A stretch of 63,166 nucleotides of DNA, filler included, from Phoronis australis (lineage: Eukaryota; Animalia; Phoronida), in NCBI GenBank assembly GCA_002633005.1. It is 8 parts of 8 records of this genome, joined end to end, with 100 filler letters (N's around TTAATTAATTAA, not from the genome) between each part and the next. Parts side by side here need not be neighbours in the genome. Positions count along the whole stretch, not along the records: positions 12,015 to 14,577 come from NMRA01003604.1; positions 14,678 to 24,837 come from NMRA01000664.1; positions 24,938 to 42,728 come from NMRA01000239.1; 5 more parts are not named here. One strand, 5' to 3'. How positions within the stretch are numbered: position 1 is the first letter of the stretch; every line of letters starts with the position of its first letter. This document shows positions 14,038 through 25,827 of the stretch, piece by piece. The notes beneath the pieces are model-generated. The model did not search any database and had not been told where the DNA came from. It was given only the letters and a program-made list of their open reading frames with translations. The position numbers and the translations under genes are program-made.

Positions 14038-14352
14038 CATCATTTCTAAAACTTATTTTTCTAATTACACCAACCTATTCAGAATGGTACTGTGTTTCGG
14101 TTGGTAATTTCTCTGGCCATCTTCAGGTGTTCCTGCATTCTTAGAAGAGCGACCACGAGTATATGGTACACTCATGGTAGTCAATGATGAGCAAACTGCG
14201 ACTGAACTAAGGACCTTTAGATTGTCAGTCCAGAACTCTTAACCACTACACCACCGATGGCCAGAGAAATGACCAACCGAAACGTCATGCCAATGGCAAT
14301 GTAAATTGGCTACAGGTTGGTGTAAACAGACCAACAGATTTTAGAAATGTTA
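14038..14352 (-). mobile_element. Non-autonomous tRNA-head/hammerhead element with inverted terminal duplication (Penelope pLTR-derived)
   Basis: Minus strand: tRNA-like head (14255-14195), body, CTGAAGA...GAAAC hammerhead core (14133-14086), tail; 14256-14350 is an inverted partial copy of hammerhead plus tail; homologous to 53390-53625. Confidence 0.65.
14086..14133 (-). ncRNA. Degenerate minimal hammerhead ribozyme
   Basis: CTGAAGA-T-GGCCAG...CCAACC-GAAAC; the cleavage triplet is mutated here but intact (GAAACGTC) in the inverted copy at 14279-14286. Confidence 0.5.
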
Positions 14353-14677
14353 TGCCTTATCAAGACATGTAATTAAAGTGAAATTGTAAATAAAACAGGC
14401 CAGGTCAATTAAAAAAGTCAACACAACCCACTTGAACTTACAAATACAATTGAATACTATTTCTATGGTGATAAGTTTGTTTCCAGGGAACAATGTGCAG
14501 AACCCGAGTTTGAGCTGCACAAGCACCTAAGTCCAGATGTAGCTACATGCCACAAATTCTTGATAAAAATTATCGTGNNNNNNNNNNNNNNNNNNNNNNN
14601 NNNNNNNNNNNNNNNNNNNNNTTAATTAATTAANNNNNNNNNNNNNNNNNNNNNNNNNNNNNNNNNNNNNNNNNNNN

Positions 14678-15265
14678 GCTGGTAACCCTCCTGATGGTGT
14701 TGTGTCAGAATGTGCCAGTGAATACAACGAGTGGCTGTGTCAGACGCTGGAGGACGCCTGGAGCTTTGCTCGGGAGGCGTTGAATTCAAGTTTTCAGCGC
14801 CAGAAGAAGTACTACGATGCCCGAGAGAAATTTCGCGAATTTCGTGATGGGGACTGGGTCTTCCGATGGTACCCTCCAACTGCTAACCAGAAACTTGGTC
14901 TTGGGTGGGTGGGTCCCTACACGATCGTTAGACGAGTAAGTGATGTGCTGTATGAAATTCAGAAGGGACCTGATATGCCCAAAATTGTAGTCCATGTTGA
15001 TCATTTGAAGCCGTGGCATGGGCCTACTGGAGTTCACGAGGGACAAGATGCCACTCCGGAGCCTGATCAGGGGGCGGAGGTGGAAAGCTCACTAGAAGAG
15101 GTCGACAGTGAATTGTGTTCTGGCTCTCTGGACATTCTGAGTGAGGCTCAGAATGATGTTTCTTCGGGTACTGGCTGCCGTGGCGCTGTCCACGCTGCAG
15201 CAGGTACCCCAGTTGTTCGCAACCGCCAAGGCAGATTGATCACGAAACCGGCCCGGTTTCTATAA
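14678..15265 (+). mobile_element. pol: Ty3/Gypsy LTR retrotransposon pol, integrase C-terminal region (5' end truncated by contig edge)
   Basis: RQKKYYD...FRDGDWV...KLGLGWVGPYTI...VVHVDHLKP (GPY/F module) and terminal RQGRLITKPARF. Confidence 0.92.
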
Positions 15266-15293
15266 TGTTTTTTTATTTTGTTACTTCTTGCAG

Positions 15294-15755
15294 AGACCTT
15301 CAGCCAGATCCTGCAGAGGTGGAGCAACTTGTGGGGAAGCCAGAGGAGGCCACCAGCCAATCTCGACCCGTATACAAGTGCGCCGAGTTTGACAGGACGT
15401 TCACCAAATTTTACACGCTGAAGCGGCACGAAAAGGCTTGCTCACCGTTAATTAAACTTACCTGTTGTTCACATTGTAAGCGTAGGTTTTCAGCTAGGCA
15501 CGCGTGCCGAAAACACCAACGCAAGACCGGCCACGACGGAACGACAGAAATACTGGTTCAGAACCGGAAACATGCAAAGGCTGTCGCTGCCGCAGAACGC
15601 CGGCGAGAGGTAGACGCCAGAAGGGACGTTCCCCAGCCATTTCCGGAAGTTACGGTGGCGCGAGATGAGGCAGTGCGTTGGGACCGAGAAGGCCGGATGT
15701 ATGTCTCCCCCAAACAGCACTGGTTCCGTGTCCCCGTCGAGCCATACCGCCGTTA
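15294..15755 (+). CDS. Putative spliced accessory ORF with two C2H2-like zinc fingers directly after Gypsy pol
   Basis: Polypyrimidine tract plus TTGCAG acceptor 28 nt after the pol stop; YKCAEFDRTFTKFYTLKRHEKAC (degenerate) and CSHCKRRFSARHACRKHQRKTGH. Confidence 0.55.
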
Positions 15756-15951
15756 NGATAGCGTGGTGGGATTTTTAATGGCGTTTCGTATTATTGTAAA
15801 CCGCGGCGACAAATACTACGACTCTGCAGCCAGAAATGTGTGGGTTGGGAGTGGACGGACGAGCTAAAAGGACGCAGACGCATGCTACTGATGGTGGTAA
15901 CTTTTTTTTTAATCCTCCCGATTTTTGGCGAAAAATTCATATCGACTATTT

Positions 15952-16025
15952 CAAGGCTTGGTAGCGCGCATGTTTTGGGCCGTAAAAGTTTCCGCGTTTT
16001 TTGTCATTGGTCATTCCAAGCCCTG
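15952..16025. mobile_element. Short remnant of the CAGGGCTTG-TIR MITE family (relative of 23673-23915)
   Basis: ttttgtcattggtcattccaagccctg is the reverse complement of the start of the 23673 element. Confidence 0.55.
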
Positions 16026-16453
16026 CACCTTATGGAGGTAGAGTGAGCTGTTTTAGGTAAACTTGTCCCAGTGCAGGGAGCAGTGTAATCACAAGCCTTC
16101 CAATATGTTGGGTGTAATTATGGGGCTTGCTTACACGTGCTTTCATTTTCTCGTCATTTTCTATCAAAATCTTAACTCTACTTACCGCAGATATCTCGCA
16201 TGGCCCCCACAATGAAAGAACCCCCACAGTGAAAGCGTCCCCACCATGAAAGAGCCCCCACTAGGACTCTTTCAGAATTGTTTTGCTGCAACCTGCAATA
16301 CAAGTTTACAAAAGAGGCCTCTGGTATCTTTTTAGACATAAATTCATTCCGATGTCATGAGAAACAGCCAATGTCTCTACTAGTGTTTGTTGAGTAGTAA
16401 TTCAAGCTACTGACACTATTCAGTAGTTTGTTGAACCTCTTCTCCCTCTGTCN

Positions 16454-16775
16454 GTACCATTTCAAGATGATACATGTACATTTGTTCTTAGCTACATACT
16501 CAAGATGGTACAGGTACATTTGTCTTTAGTTACATGTACCATTTCAAGATGATACATGTACATTTGTTCTTAGCTACATACTCAAGATGGTACAGGTACA
16601 TTTGTCTTTAGTTACATGTACCATTTTAAGATGATACAAGTACATTTTCCTTAGCTACATACTCAAGATGGTACAGGTACATTTGTCTTTAGCTACATAT
16701 ATCATTTCAAGATCATGGTACACTTACATTAATTTGTCTTTAGTTGCATGCACCATCTCAAGATGGTACATTATA
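16454..16775. repeat. 82-bp tandem repeat built from two related ~40-bp subunits
   Basis: gtaccattt recurs at 16454, 16536 and 16618; subunits share caagatg(a/g)taca(t/g)gtacatttgt. Confidence 0.9.
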
Positions 16776-17057
16776 CATAGCATTCAATCATTCTGCAAGG
16801 TGTAACTAACAATTTCTAAATATGTTAAATGCTAGATAAATGGACATATATAACAATGTGTCTTTTTACCTTCTGTCAATCCATGATGATTGAGAAAGAA
16901 ACACTAACTAGAGCATTCTTCTTATTTCCTGCTACTGATTGACATGTGCCATCAACATTACAATTCATGAGTGATACTTCCTATCACTATGACAATACTG
17001 AGAGTCATGCAGTAAATACATCAACTACTGAGTTTCGTGTGACAACTGTGACTTGCA

Positions 17058-17470
17058 ACAAGTTGTCACTAACACTTACTGTTATTATGAAAACTACCCA
17101 GTGAGTGACTTGTGATATCAATACACAACTCCTCCATGACATTTGTTATCAATATCACAAGTTGTCTCTAACACTTACTGTTATTATGAAAACTACCCAG
17201 TGAGTGACTTGTGATATCAATACACAACTCCTCCATGACATTTGTCATCAATATCACAAGTTGTCACTTACACTTACTGTTATTATAACAACTACCCAGG
17301 GACATAGTATGCGCTGTCAATGAGTCATATATTGAGTGACAGGCACATGTGCCATCAACTGACAACAATGAGTACAATCACCTAAAACATGTGCTGTCAA
17401 TGTGTCTTATATTGAGTGACAGGCACATGTGCCATCAACTGACAACAATGAGTACAATCACCTAAAACAT
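17058..17470. repeat. 99-bp tandem repeat (~2.4 copies) followed by an 80-bp duplication
   Basis: acaagttgtc at 17058, 17157 and 17256; gctgtcaatg at about 17313 and 17393. Confidence 0.9.
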
Positions 17471-17558
17471 GCCAGAATACTTGGCTCACACCAGTGCACC
17501 TAATTGATATCTACTAACTCTATTTTCTGTTGAGTCTTCTGAAAAGTAGTTGATGATC

Positions 17559-17785
17559 TCAGCTGTTCTGTAGTGCTTTAGGTGTAGCCTCGAAGAAATT
17601 AGTTAACCTAGCTAGGAGCCAGTCACCTGCTGGAGTTGGTAGTAAGTTGGCTATGAAATAGAGGAAGAAGGCTCCCTGGCCAGGTCTGTAGTAGGCGCAA
17701 GGGTAACAGGATGTCAGAGCATGTTGAATGGAGTCAGTTACTGGATGTAGATCTATGGCTGACTCTATGGCATTCCTCTGGTAGT
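17559..17785 (-). CDS. Terminal coding exon of a short-chain dehydrogenase/reductase (RDH/HSD17B2/BDH1-like)
   Basis: gttgcag acceptor, then DYQRNAIESAIDLHPVTDSIQHALTSCYPCAYYRPGQGAFFLYFIANLLPTPAGDWLL...stop, matching the SDR9C C-terminal DLxPV...HAL...P..RY.PG...LP...D pattern. Confidence 0.72.
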
Positions 17786-18177
17786 CTGCAACATACATTA
17801 GAGATACACGCTGATTGATTAACAGTCTCTGTCCACAAAAGATATCTGTTAATGGTGACAATTCAGTGGATGTTGGACTAGTCATTGATGCTACGCTGTT
17901 GAAATTGGTCAGCAGATGTTGCCCCTTTTTTCACCGCAAAGCACCTCTTGTTATTTCTCAGTTGAAACTAAGACACTGCTGTGGGCCTGCTATCATTAAT
18001 GTAGTTGACGTGAATCGTGCATTGTTGTCTTCTTTTCTTTATGAAAATTTATGCTGAAATTTCACCATCTTTACAGTAAACTATACACACTTTATTTGAC
18101 AAACTTCTTAACAGTCTTAGTGCTTGTGAAAGCATATCATGTGTTATAAACTAATGCTGGCCACGTCTCAATTAAAT

Positions 18178-18972
18178 TGTAACAGGAGTGCCCTGAACAT
18201 GATTATGTAAGTAAGATATATGCGCCCTCTAGTGGTCAAGCTGTGTATTACGTATGGAATTTTCCTATGATGTTGAGTCCTTTGGACATGGCCAAATATG
18301 GTCAGAGCCTAGGAGCTATGGGCCTCGCCCTTCAGATCGTGTCTGATTGGTTGAAATTGTGTACTTAAGCTTTGTCTCTGTCAGACACGAGGAGTCCTGT
18401 CGCAGAGTTCAAGAAGCAAACATGTACACCTTCACTCACACCAAATTGCAACTGTTTGTGCAGCTTTCGGGCTCNGGCCTCGCCCTTCAGATCGTGTCTG
18501 ATTGGTTGAAATTGTGTACTTAAGCTTTGTCTCTGTCAGACACGAGGAGTCAAGTTGCAGAGTTCAAGAAGCAAACACGCCTTCACTCACTCCAAATTGC
18601 AACTGTTTGTGCAGCTTTCGGGCTCCTTCCGGACTTGGTTGCCAACAGTTTAGCCCCAGCAATTCTCGGGCTCCTCCCGAGCTTGATTGCATCTCACCTT
18701 TCGGATCTGAATAACCAAATTGTCCCGTTCTTGCACACACAACTATTAATCAGCGACTGGCTTGCCCGTGTATCAGAACTGTATAAATCACAACACTGCG
18801 ATACTAAATCATGGAACAACTGGATTGCTTGTAAGTGTGGAATATTGTAGTTATATATTCTTACAATAAACGTATGTATTATTCACCAACTTTTAGTTTT
18901 CAATATCACCCTCAGTCCGCACCGGGCTCGTAAAATCGGGGCGCCTTGGTCGTAGATACCGCCCCCGTTACA
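18178..18972 (+). mobile_element. Probable solo LTR
   Basis: TGTAAC...GTTACA termini and an internal AATAAA (~18865); no clean TSD; contains an assembly-overlap duplication at n18475. Confidence 0.6.
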
Positions 18973-20439
18973 GTATTAAGTCAAACAGCTGAGAAAGGAC
19001 AAGCAGTGTTTTCACAAGCCCGCAAATACGCAGTAGATTTAGGGATCTTAGTTGATTCCCTATTTGGGACTGTTTCATGCAACCGGGCATAGAACACTGT
19101 TTTGATGATTTCACAATATGAATATGTACTTTTGTATTTGTGTTTATGTTTAAGTTTTGTATATTCTCTGTACTGTATGATTAGCTTGTATTTTAAGTCT
19201 TTGTAGTTGAGTTTGCAAATTTCAAAAATTGTCGGATAATAGCACTTGTGCTAACGTTTCATTGTTAAACCTCACCGACTTTTAAAAATTATGACTACTA
19301 CTACTTTACAAATCGCTACGTCCCGATCCATATAGTTCCCTTTTGCCGATTCGCTAGAAAAGCGTAGGTCACGCTTGCCCGTAGCAGTCTTTGGTGGTTT
19401 TCAAATTTTCCTCCTCGAGCGTTATCTAGGGTTATGTAGCATTATTTCGTTTCAGATAATTCCACCGGAAAGCCGTTTATAGTAGGCTAATGGCCAAAAC
19501 TGGGTTTAACAAAGAGAAAACTATGAATTATATATAGCTCATCATAAGTTAGGTCACTAGTGGACTCAGTTCGGTGTGCAGCAGTGAACCATGAAATTTC
19601 TTCTGTAACCGTCGTAATCCCAACCAGTCGATTGTCATCTATTAATTTACAGAATATGCATAACTCAATGCGGGTGGTTCGAATTCAACTCCAGTCACTC
19701 TAGTGACGGAATAAGTTGTGCGATCTTGAATCTGGTGACTTGGCTTTTTAGACCCGTTACTCCACTATAGTAGGAAGCTAACTCCGGAACACGCCGGCAC
19801 TTTACTATGGCGATCCACTTTTTCGCATCCCGCAGCGAAGGCCAACGTGTATATTGAAAACTATATGCCAGCAAAATTTGGGATGAAATGGCCGGCGTCT
19901 GTCACAGATGAGATTCAATATCAATTTGTACATATGGTATATTGTTCGAGATTATTTTATTTTCGACACTGATCTAAGCACAATTATTTTCGTGAAAACT
20001 ATGAATGCCTAAAAATAACGTTTCCGGTGATCTTTTCTGTCTCTATTGGAGTTATTTTCAAAGTTGTTCAATGAGGGAAAAAACGTGCTTTAGCAATTTC
20101 ATTGTATTTTTTTACAAAAAATATCTCACCGAGGGAGTGATGTGCCCAAAACCTGTGCTTCACGGGACCATGGAGCCCTGTGTAGGCCTATAGTGGAGGA
20201 GCAAGATGCGAGGAAACGAGGAGTGATCGAGAGGCCACAGGCGCCTAATTACCGATAGCAACTCCCGACTGTGATCTCCAGGCACCGACGCGGTTGCGCG
20301 ATTCGAATGCCCGCGCCGTTTTTACGTGACATGTTTTCGTTTCAGGGAGCTGCTCGTTGACGGATGACACGGAGAGACGAGAATTTCTGGTAGAGCTGAC
20401 GCCATCGTCGGAGGGACCACATTCGGAGGTGCGTAAGCA

Positions 20440-20587
20440 TGCGCGGGGGAGCACTGAAAAAGTGGGGGCTAAAGCCCCCTCAGCCCCCCCTGTGGTACAC
20501 CGCCTACTAGACCATGTGCGGCGTAGCAGTGAAAAAAGTGGGGGACTATAGCCCCCGCAGCCCCCTATCCGGGTGCGCCGCTCATGG
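20440..20587. mobile_element. Two adjacent GC-rich MITE termini (gggggct...agccccc...ccgcc type)
   Basis: Twin motifs gaaaaagtgggggct(a)...agccccc...cgcc. Confidence 0.45.
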
Positions 20588-21416
20588 TAAGACGAGTATG
20601 GCCGCGGTCGGCGATGTGGGGGACACGGGACTTTCGTGTAGCGAGAGGTTCGAGAAATATTTCCACATGAAGCGCCACGAAAGGTGCCATAATAGTAACG
20701 TTGATTTACAGCTTTGAAAACTGGTTTGAAACTTAAGGAAAAATGGCTTGACATTAACAAAAATTGAAAATGTTTACGAACAAGCAATAGATGATGAACA
20801 GTTCGACTTTGTTTCACTGAGTGGCAGGGAACCACTTTGAATAATGGAATTTCGTCATTCTCATTAAGACACTTACAAGTTAACTGCATTTCAGCTTAGC
20901 CACATATAAAAAATCCACGTGCCGAGGCTTCCATTTTTGCAATATGCAAGGCCGCATGTGATGCGACTTGCGGTGAGATGCAACGCATGCGATAATACCG
21001 CAACGATGATGGCGCCGGAGCAAGAGTCGAGACAGATTTTTAATATGTCGAATAACAGAACTGGGGAAATGGATCCCTAGAGTTCCACTGTCGATCTGAG
21101 CCAAACCGAAATTATATTTTTCAATTCCTAAGAGACTAACCCTTGAGTTTGTGGTTTGGTCATACATTGTCAGAACCGGTTAGAATTTGTGTGCTTATTC
21201 CCACTTGACTAAATCGCACGCTTGCCAGCACAATTGTAACGGGGAAGTCAATCTAAACCGGTAAATGTTTCTGTGAGCCAATGACGTGGAGCCGAGGCTT
21301 GTGCTAATGTGAATCTTGTGAGCATGTATTTCACCTACATACCAAATGGATGGACGGTTTTAGTGTTAACAAGACAGACTACTTGAATTTAGAAAAATCG
21401 CATCCCAATCATCTAA

Positions 21417-22237
21417 GGGCTGTTCCAGCAAAATCTGTGTGGGAGGGGGGGAAGGCACTTTTATTTCGTACCCACCGCCCATATTTTTCATTTATTTCTC
21501 CAACCCATGACCCATAATTTTTTAATTATTTTTAATAGGTTAAAATATAAAATCCAACACTTGCAAACAAATTGCCTCCAGGAGGACCTGTTAAGAGCTT
21601 AGATGATTGACAGACAAGAACTAGTTGTCTTGTCCAATATTGTCAAAAACTAAAGTAGCCTGTGAGCAATACTTTTGGCAGCCACCAGGTGTCTCTGTTC
21701 ACCATGTGTCTATAATTTCAATGAACATTTTTTCATTTATAAGGATCTATGAACTGTCTCCACGAACTCTTTTATACTTCTATGTCAAGTGAATATTGGA
21801 ACTTGTTTATTTTGTTTATCTTACTCCTCATACTTTTTATTTAAAAATCATCAATTTTCTTATATGTGTTAACACCAGTTTAGTGTTGCATAACTTTTCA
21901 ATTCAATAGGACTGCAGACAAACAGTTGGCTCAAATCAAGTTGCCCATGACTTGATTAATGGCTTAGTGAACATATATGATATTGCACTCTGTTCACTGG
22001 CAATATGGGCTTTTTTGTATTGGGATAAGTTAGGATATATGTATTTTTTTTGAGTTTTGAGGGCTGAAGTAACCAACCTGTCAACATTAACAGCTCAAAA
22101 AATACCACCCATTTTTAATGCATCACTTCTAACAGGAACGACCACCTATAATTTGTTTTTTTTCTGAAGACAACCACCCATGAATTTTTATTTCTACTGC
22201 CGTCCCCCCTCCCACACGGGTTTTACTGGAACAGCCC
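21417..22237. mobile_element. PIF/Harbinger-type MITE with TAA TSD
   Basis: TIR gggctgttccag...gtgtgggagggggg / ccccctcccacacg...ctggaacagccc; TAA at 21414-21416 and 22238-22240. Confidence 0.88.
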
Positions 22238-22780
22238 TAAGGCATTACTTTTTTGTCATTTGTTTCAGTTTGAAACTTACGATTTTTACTTGCCCTACCA
22301 GGGGGAGGTCGTTTTAGCATATTCTCATTGGTTATTTCACCCTGGTGCACAGAGGTTATAGTCAGAGACAAAAAGGTTATCAACACCTGTTTGATGGTAG
22401 TCAGTGAATTACTATATTGCCAGCCAATGACATTCAGATATCACTGACCCTAAAATTCTCCTTTGTTGCTCTAATGGGGAGACTTTTAAGTAACAACATG
22501 GCGACTAACCACATCCTAGATCCTACTAACTCTTGCTCAAAACCCATCACAGTAAATGGGCTTTTCCAGAGGTCAAAATGTTCCCCTAAAACACCTGCTA
22601 CAAAGAAGCACCTCCTGGTACAGCCAGGTGCCATTGAGTCACCAGTCCCATGTGATCAGCCTCCATTGCTTTCTAGAAGTCTCCCATTTATAACTGAGTA
22701 ATGACAGTAGCTTGAAAAAAAAGTGAAGTTTTTATATTTTTATTTGGGGACAATAGGTGAACAAATGAATAGCGACAATT

Positions 22781-22804
22781 TTAGATTCTTGATGGGTACA
22801 GCAT
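22781..22804 (-). CDS. RPL35A: 60S ribosomal protein L35a, last coding exon (MLYPSRI*)
   Basis: ttttcag acceptor then ATGCTGTACCCATCAAGAATCTAA; AATAAA about 40 nt downstream (22739-22744). Confidence 0.95.
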   Translation of the reverse strand: MLYPSRI

Positions 22805-23672
22805 CTGAAAATAAAACAAACATTGGTTATTCTTCAATCATAAATTAGATGAAATCTGACAAACACTATAACAAGCATGAGAAATAGTTTTAATGTTCAT
22901 GGAATTTACAGACGAAAAATAAACGCAGTCAAAATTATATTGGAAAGAGCGACCAGCAAGACACTAAGTAGTTTCACGAAGTTGTAAATCGTTAATTTCA
23001 TACTAAACATTATATTCAAACCAAATGGTTTCTACAGCAACCAGAAAAAGTTCATTTTTGCTACCGTAAAACCACAGCTTTACAATGCAGACTGTTCTAT
23101 TTCTAAATGCTTCCAGAAAATGCATTGCTTTGCTTATAAGGCCAATTGACAGAAAACACATTAGGTGAATGACAGGACATGTATCAGAATTTGTCCTCAT
23201 TCAGATCATTTTAAATTTTAGATGGTATAACTAAATGCAGCAAAGAGCAGAACCTACGACAATCTTTGTTTTTTCTGGGAATTGTAACATCTTCTTAATA
23301 ACGTATGATATGCATTAATTTGGCATTTCAGAAACATTGTTTTTTAACTTATTTACGAACCCAAACAAGAGCAACACAACAACTGAAAAGGGCCCCAAGA
23401 CAACACAGCAATAAGTATGCTTCAAGGCAAGTTTACAAGTATCAATAACGGTTAGTTGCCAGGTTACACAGAATATGTTGAACAGGTCTGAAAATTTAGC
23501 AAGTAACATTTCCACTTTTCAACCACCATAAATGAGTAACATGGCAAGTAATTTTTTATGGCAGTCTACAAGTTCTGAACATGAAAGGTTCAATTGAATG
23601 AAGTAGACATTTAATTGGGAGGGGATGATTTGCAGTTAGTGTACGAAAGGGAAACCTTTTGATGGGGGTGTC

Positions 23673-23915
23673 CAAGGCTTGCGATGACCAATGACAAAAA
23701 AAGAGAAAAAAATTTCCAGGTGATGCATCATTCCACAAATAAACAGGCTTGTGTAATTGAAGTATTGTGCTGTAAAATTTAATTGAAATTAACGTTGTTG
23801 TATGAATAAAGTCAAAATAATGATTAAGAGACGAAAAAAGCAAACGGGAAATCAAATGAGGAAATGGAAAAAATAAGAGGAAATCCTCTTAAAAGAGGAA
23901 AATTACCAAGCCCTG
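23673..23915. mobile_element. MITE with CA(G/A)GGCTTG TIR and imperfect 6-bp TSD ggtgt(c/t), in an RPL35A intron
   Basis: caaggcttg...caagccctg; flanks ggtgtc and ggtgtt. Confidence 0.7.
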
Positions 23916-23971
23916 GGTGTTGGTACACCCTGAACTGAAGCAGAAATCCCCCAAGCAACTACCCAACTTAC

Positions 23972-24119
23972 AATTCTTATCCTTCTCCCGATGGCCTTTG
24001 CGGGAAGATTTTTCCTGAACTTGGCGCGTACTGCCCCACTGTTACCGTGTGGTCGCGTCACCTTGCCCCAAATGACGCGGATGTGGTTTGGCTTGTCATG
24101 ACCAGGTGTTTTGGCGAGG
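23972..24119 (-). CDS. RPL35A: 60S ribosomal protein L35a, penultimate coding exon
   Basis: [49 protein letters not shown] between an AG acceptor and a GTAAGT donor; upstream exons not found before the 24838 spacer. Confidence 0.96.
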
Positions 24120-24956
24120 CTTTAAACAGAGAAAAGTATTCTTTAAGGACACGTGTCTGGAGCTATTTGAACACCTAACTATTAAAAGATGGGTGACGTG
24201 AGAAGTCTATGTTCAGACACTAGAACATTAACCTGTGTGAATGTGAACAGAGAAAGCATGGCAGAGGAGGATCTGAAACTTAACATTCGTGATAAGAAAT
24301 TTCTTTTGGTCCAATCCACAGAGGAGCAACACTTGTGCAACACAAATGGAATTTGTACACGAGCCCTAAAGTTTGACTTTTAAAAATAAAGATCTAGTCA
24401 CGAAGAGTGAACTAACAAAATACAACATGAACAAAAAACTTGACGCATACCAGCACAGCCAAGACGCGAACGCACAACTTCAATACTTTGAAAATGTGTT
24501 TTCAAATTAAAGCAATCTGAACACAAAAGCCAATGTTGCATAAGTAAGGGTTTACTGAAGTCATTAAGTCAACGTGGTGGCAATACTGGCATAAAATACT
24601 CTTACTGCTTTCAACAATGCAAAATTCAATCCCACCTATCCAGTCAAGACCCATCTATGCAGTGTTCTCCACATTATAAATTCCAAACTCGACGCACATG
24701 TTGAATATCAATTATTGACATTGTTTTGGGTCTACCCATAAGCATGATCATGCTGGAGGTGTTTATATATGGTTTAAAACTGCACACTGCACTGGTGTGA
24801 CCTACTTCTTAGACACTTCAAAGTTTAGCTTTCCTACNNNNNNNNNNNNNNNNNNNNNNNNNNNNNNNNNNNNNNNNNNNNTTAATTAATTAANNNNNNN
24901 NNNNNNNNNNNNNNNNNNNNNNNNNNNNNNNNNNNNNTACGTAAAATTCTCTCCAT

Positions 24957-25196
24957 AAAAAGTACAGTTGTTAGGCTAGACTGTAATCAGCTGATCATAT
25001 CCGCATGAGCGAAGTCAATTATCCTCGCTCGTGACTCGATGAATAGAGCAGCTTGGCGGCATCCCTTTGAGCATGAGCCGAGCGCGTCTCAGCCAAGGTG
25101 GATAAATACGGTCTAGTTCAATTTTCCATACCCCGCCGTGTACCTTAAACACCGGGGTTAGAACCAATTTTATTTAGTGGGAATGTTCATAGCATG
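24957..25196. repeat. Young interspersed repeat end, almost identical to 42829-43067
   Basis: About 240 bp with one visible mismatch; both copies start at contig edges; GC hairpin ccccg...cgggg near the end. Confidence 0.9.
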
Positions 25197-25827
25197 GTGT
25201 ATACTTTATGTGCTTGAGTATACTGTAGTTTATGCAGATGAGTGACCAGTCCAACATGAAAAGAATCATACATTGACATCCTCACCTGTCGAGATTGGGT
25301 AACTCAACCGGTTTGTGTACCTCGCTCGCTAGATAATCAGACCCTTCATAAACACCATGGGATCAACAATAGTATATTTGATAGCATATTTGAATAGTTG
25401 GTAAACTGTACACATGATTGGGGTTTTTGAATTCTGAAAACGGACAAAAAATGTGACTTACTAGAACCTAAAACTTTTGTATAATCTTTGCCACATTGTG
25501 CTCCCCATTAATTCTGCTTGGTATGCAACATAATTGGGCCAATTACCAACCACCAGGCAGCAGTTGGATTTTGAGGTAAGCCATGTGTCATAATCATTGT
25601 ACCATACTTGTCATTTTGCACTTCGTGTATATTCGAGCTACAAACTGGATTGAAAACTTGCATTTTGTATAAAAACTGGGATTAGACAGTAATCCAAGCA
25701 TTATAATACCATGTTCTCTTGATGTTCTGTTCTGATAACAGTGCTCAAAACTGACCAGTTTTTAATTCCAGCCCCAGTATGTGCTTGCCTATTATATGCT
25801 TCATTGTAGTTCCCCTTCTAATTCCAG

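Noticed and set aside
18321-18625. ~155-bp duplication inside the LTR around n18475
   Set aside because: Same single-N overlap artefact pattern
18178-18972. Solo LTR as the 3' LTR of the Gypsy at 14678-15867
   Set aside because: Separated by host-like sequence (SDR exon, minisatellites) and not preceded by a polypurine tract
20245-20889. 214-aa minus-strand ORF
   Set aside because: Crosses GC-rich MITE ends, has no domain, and contains a likely splice donor at its start
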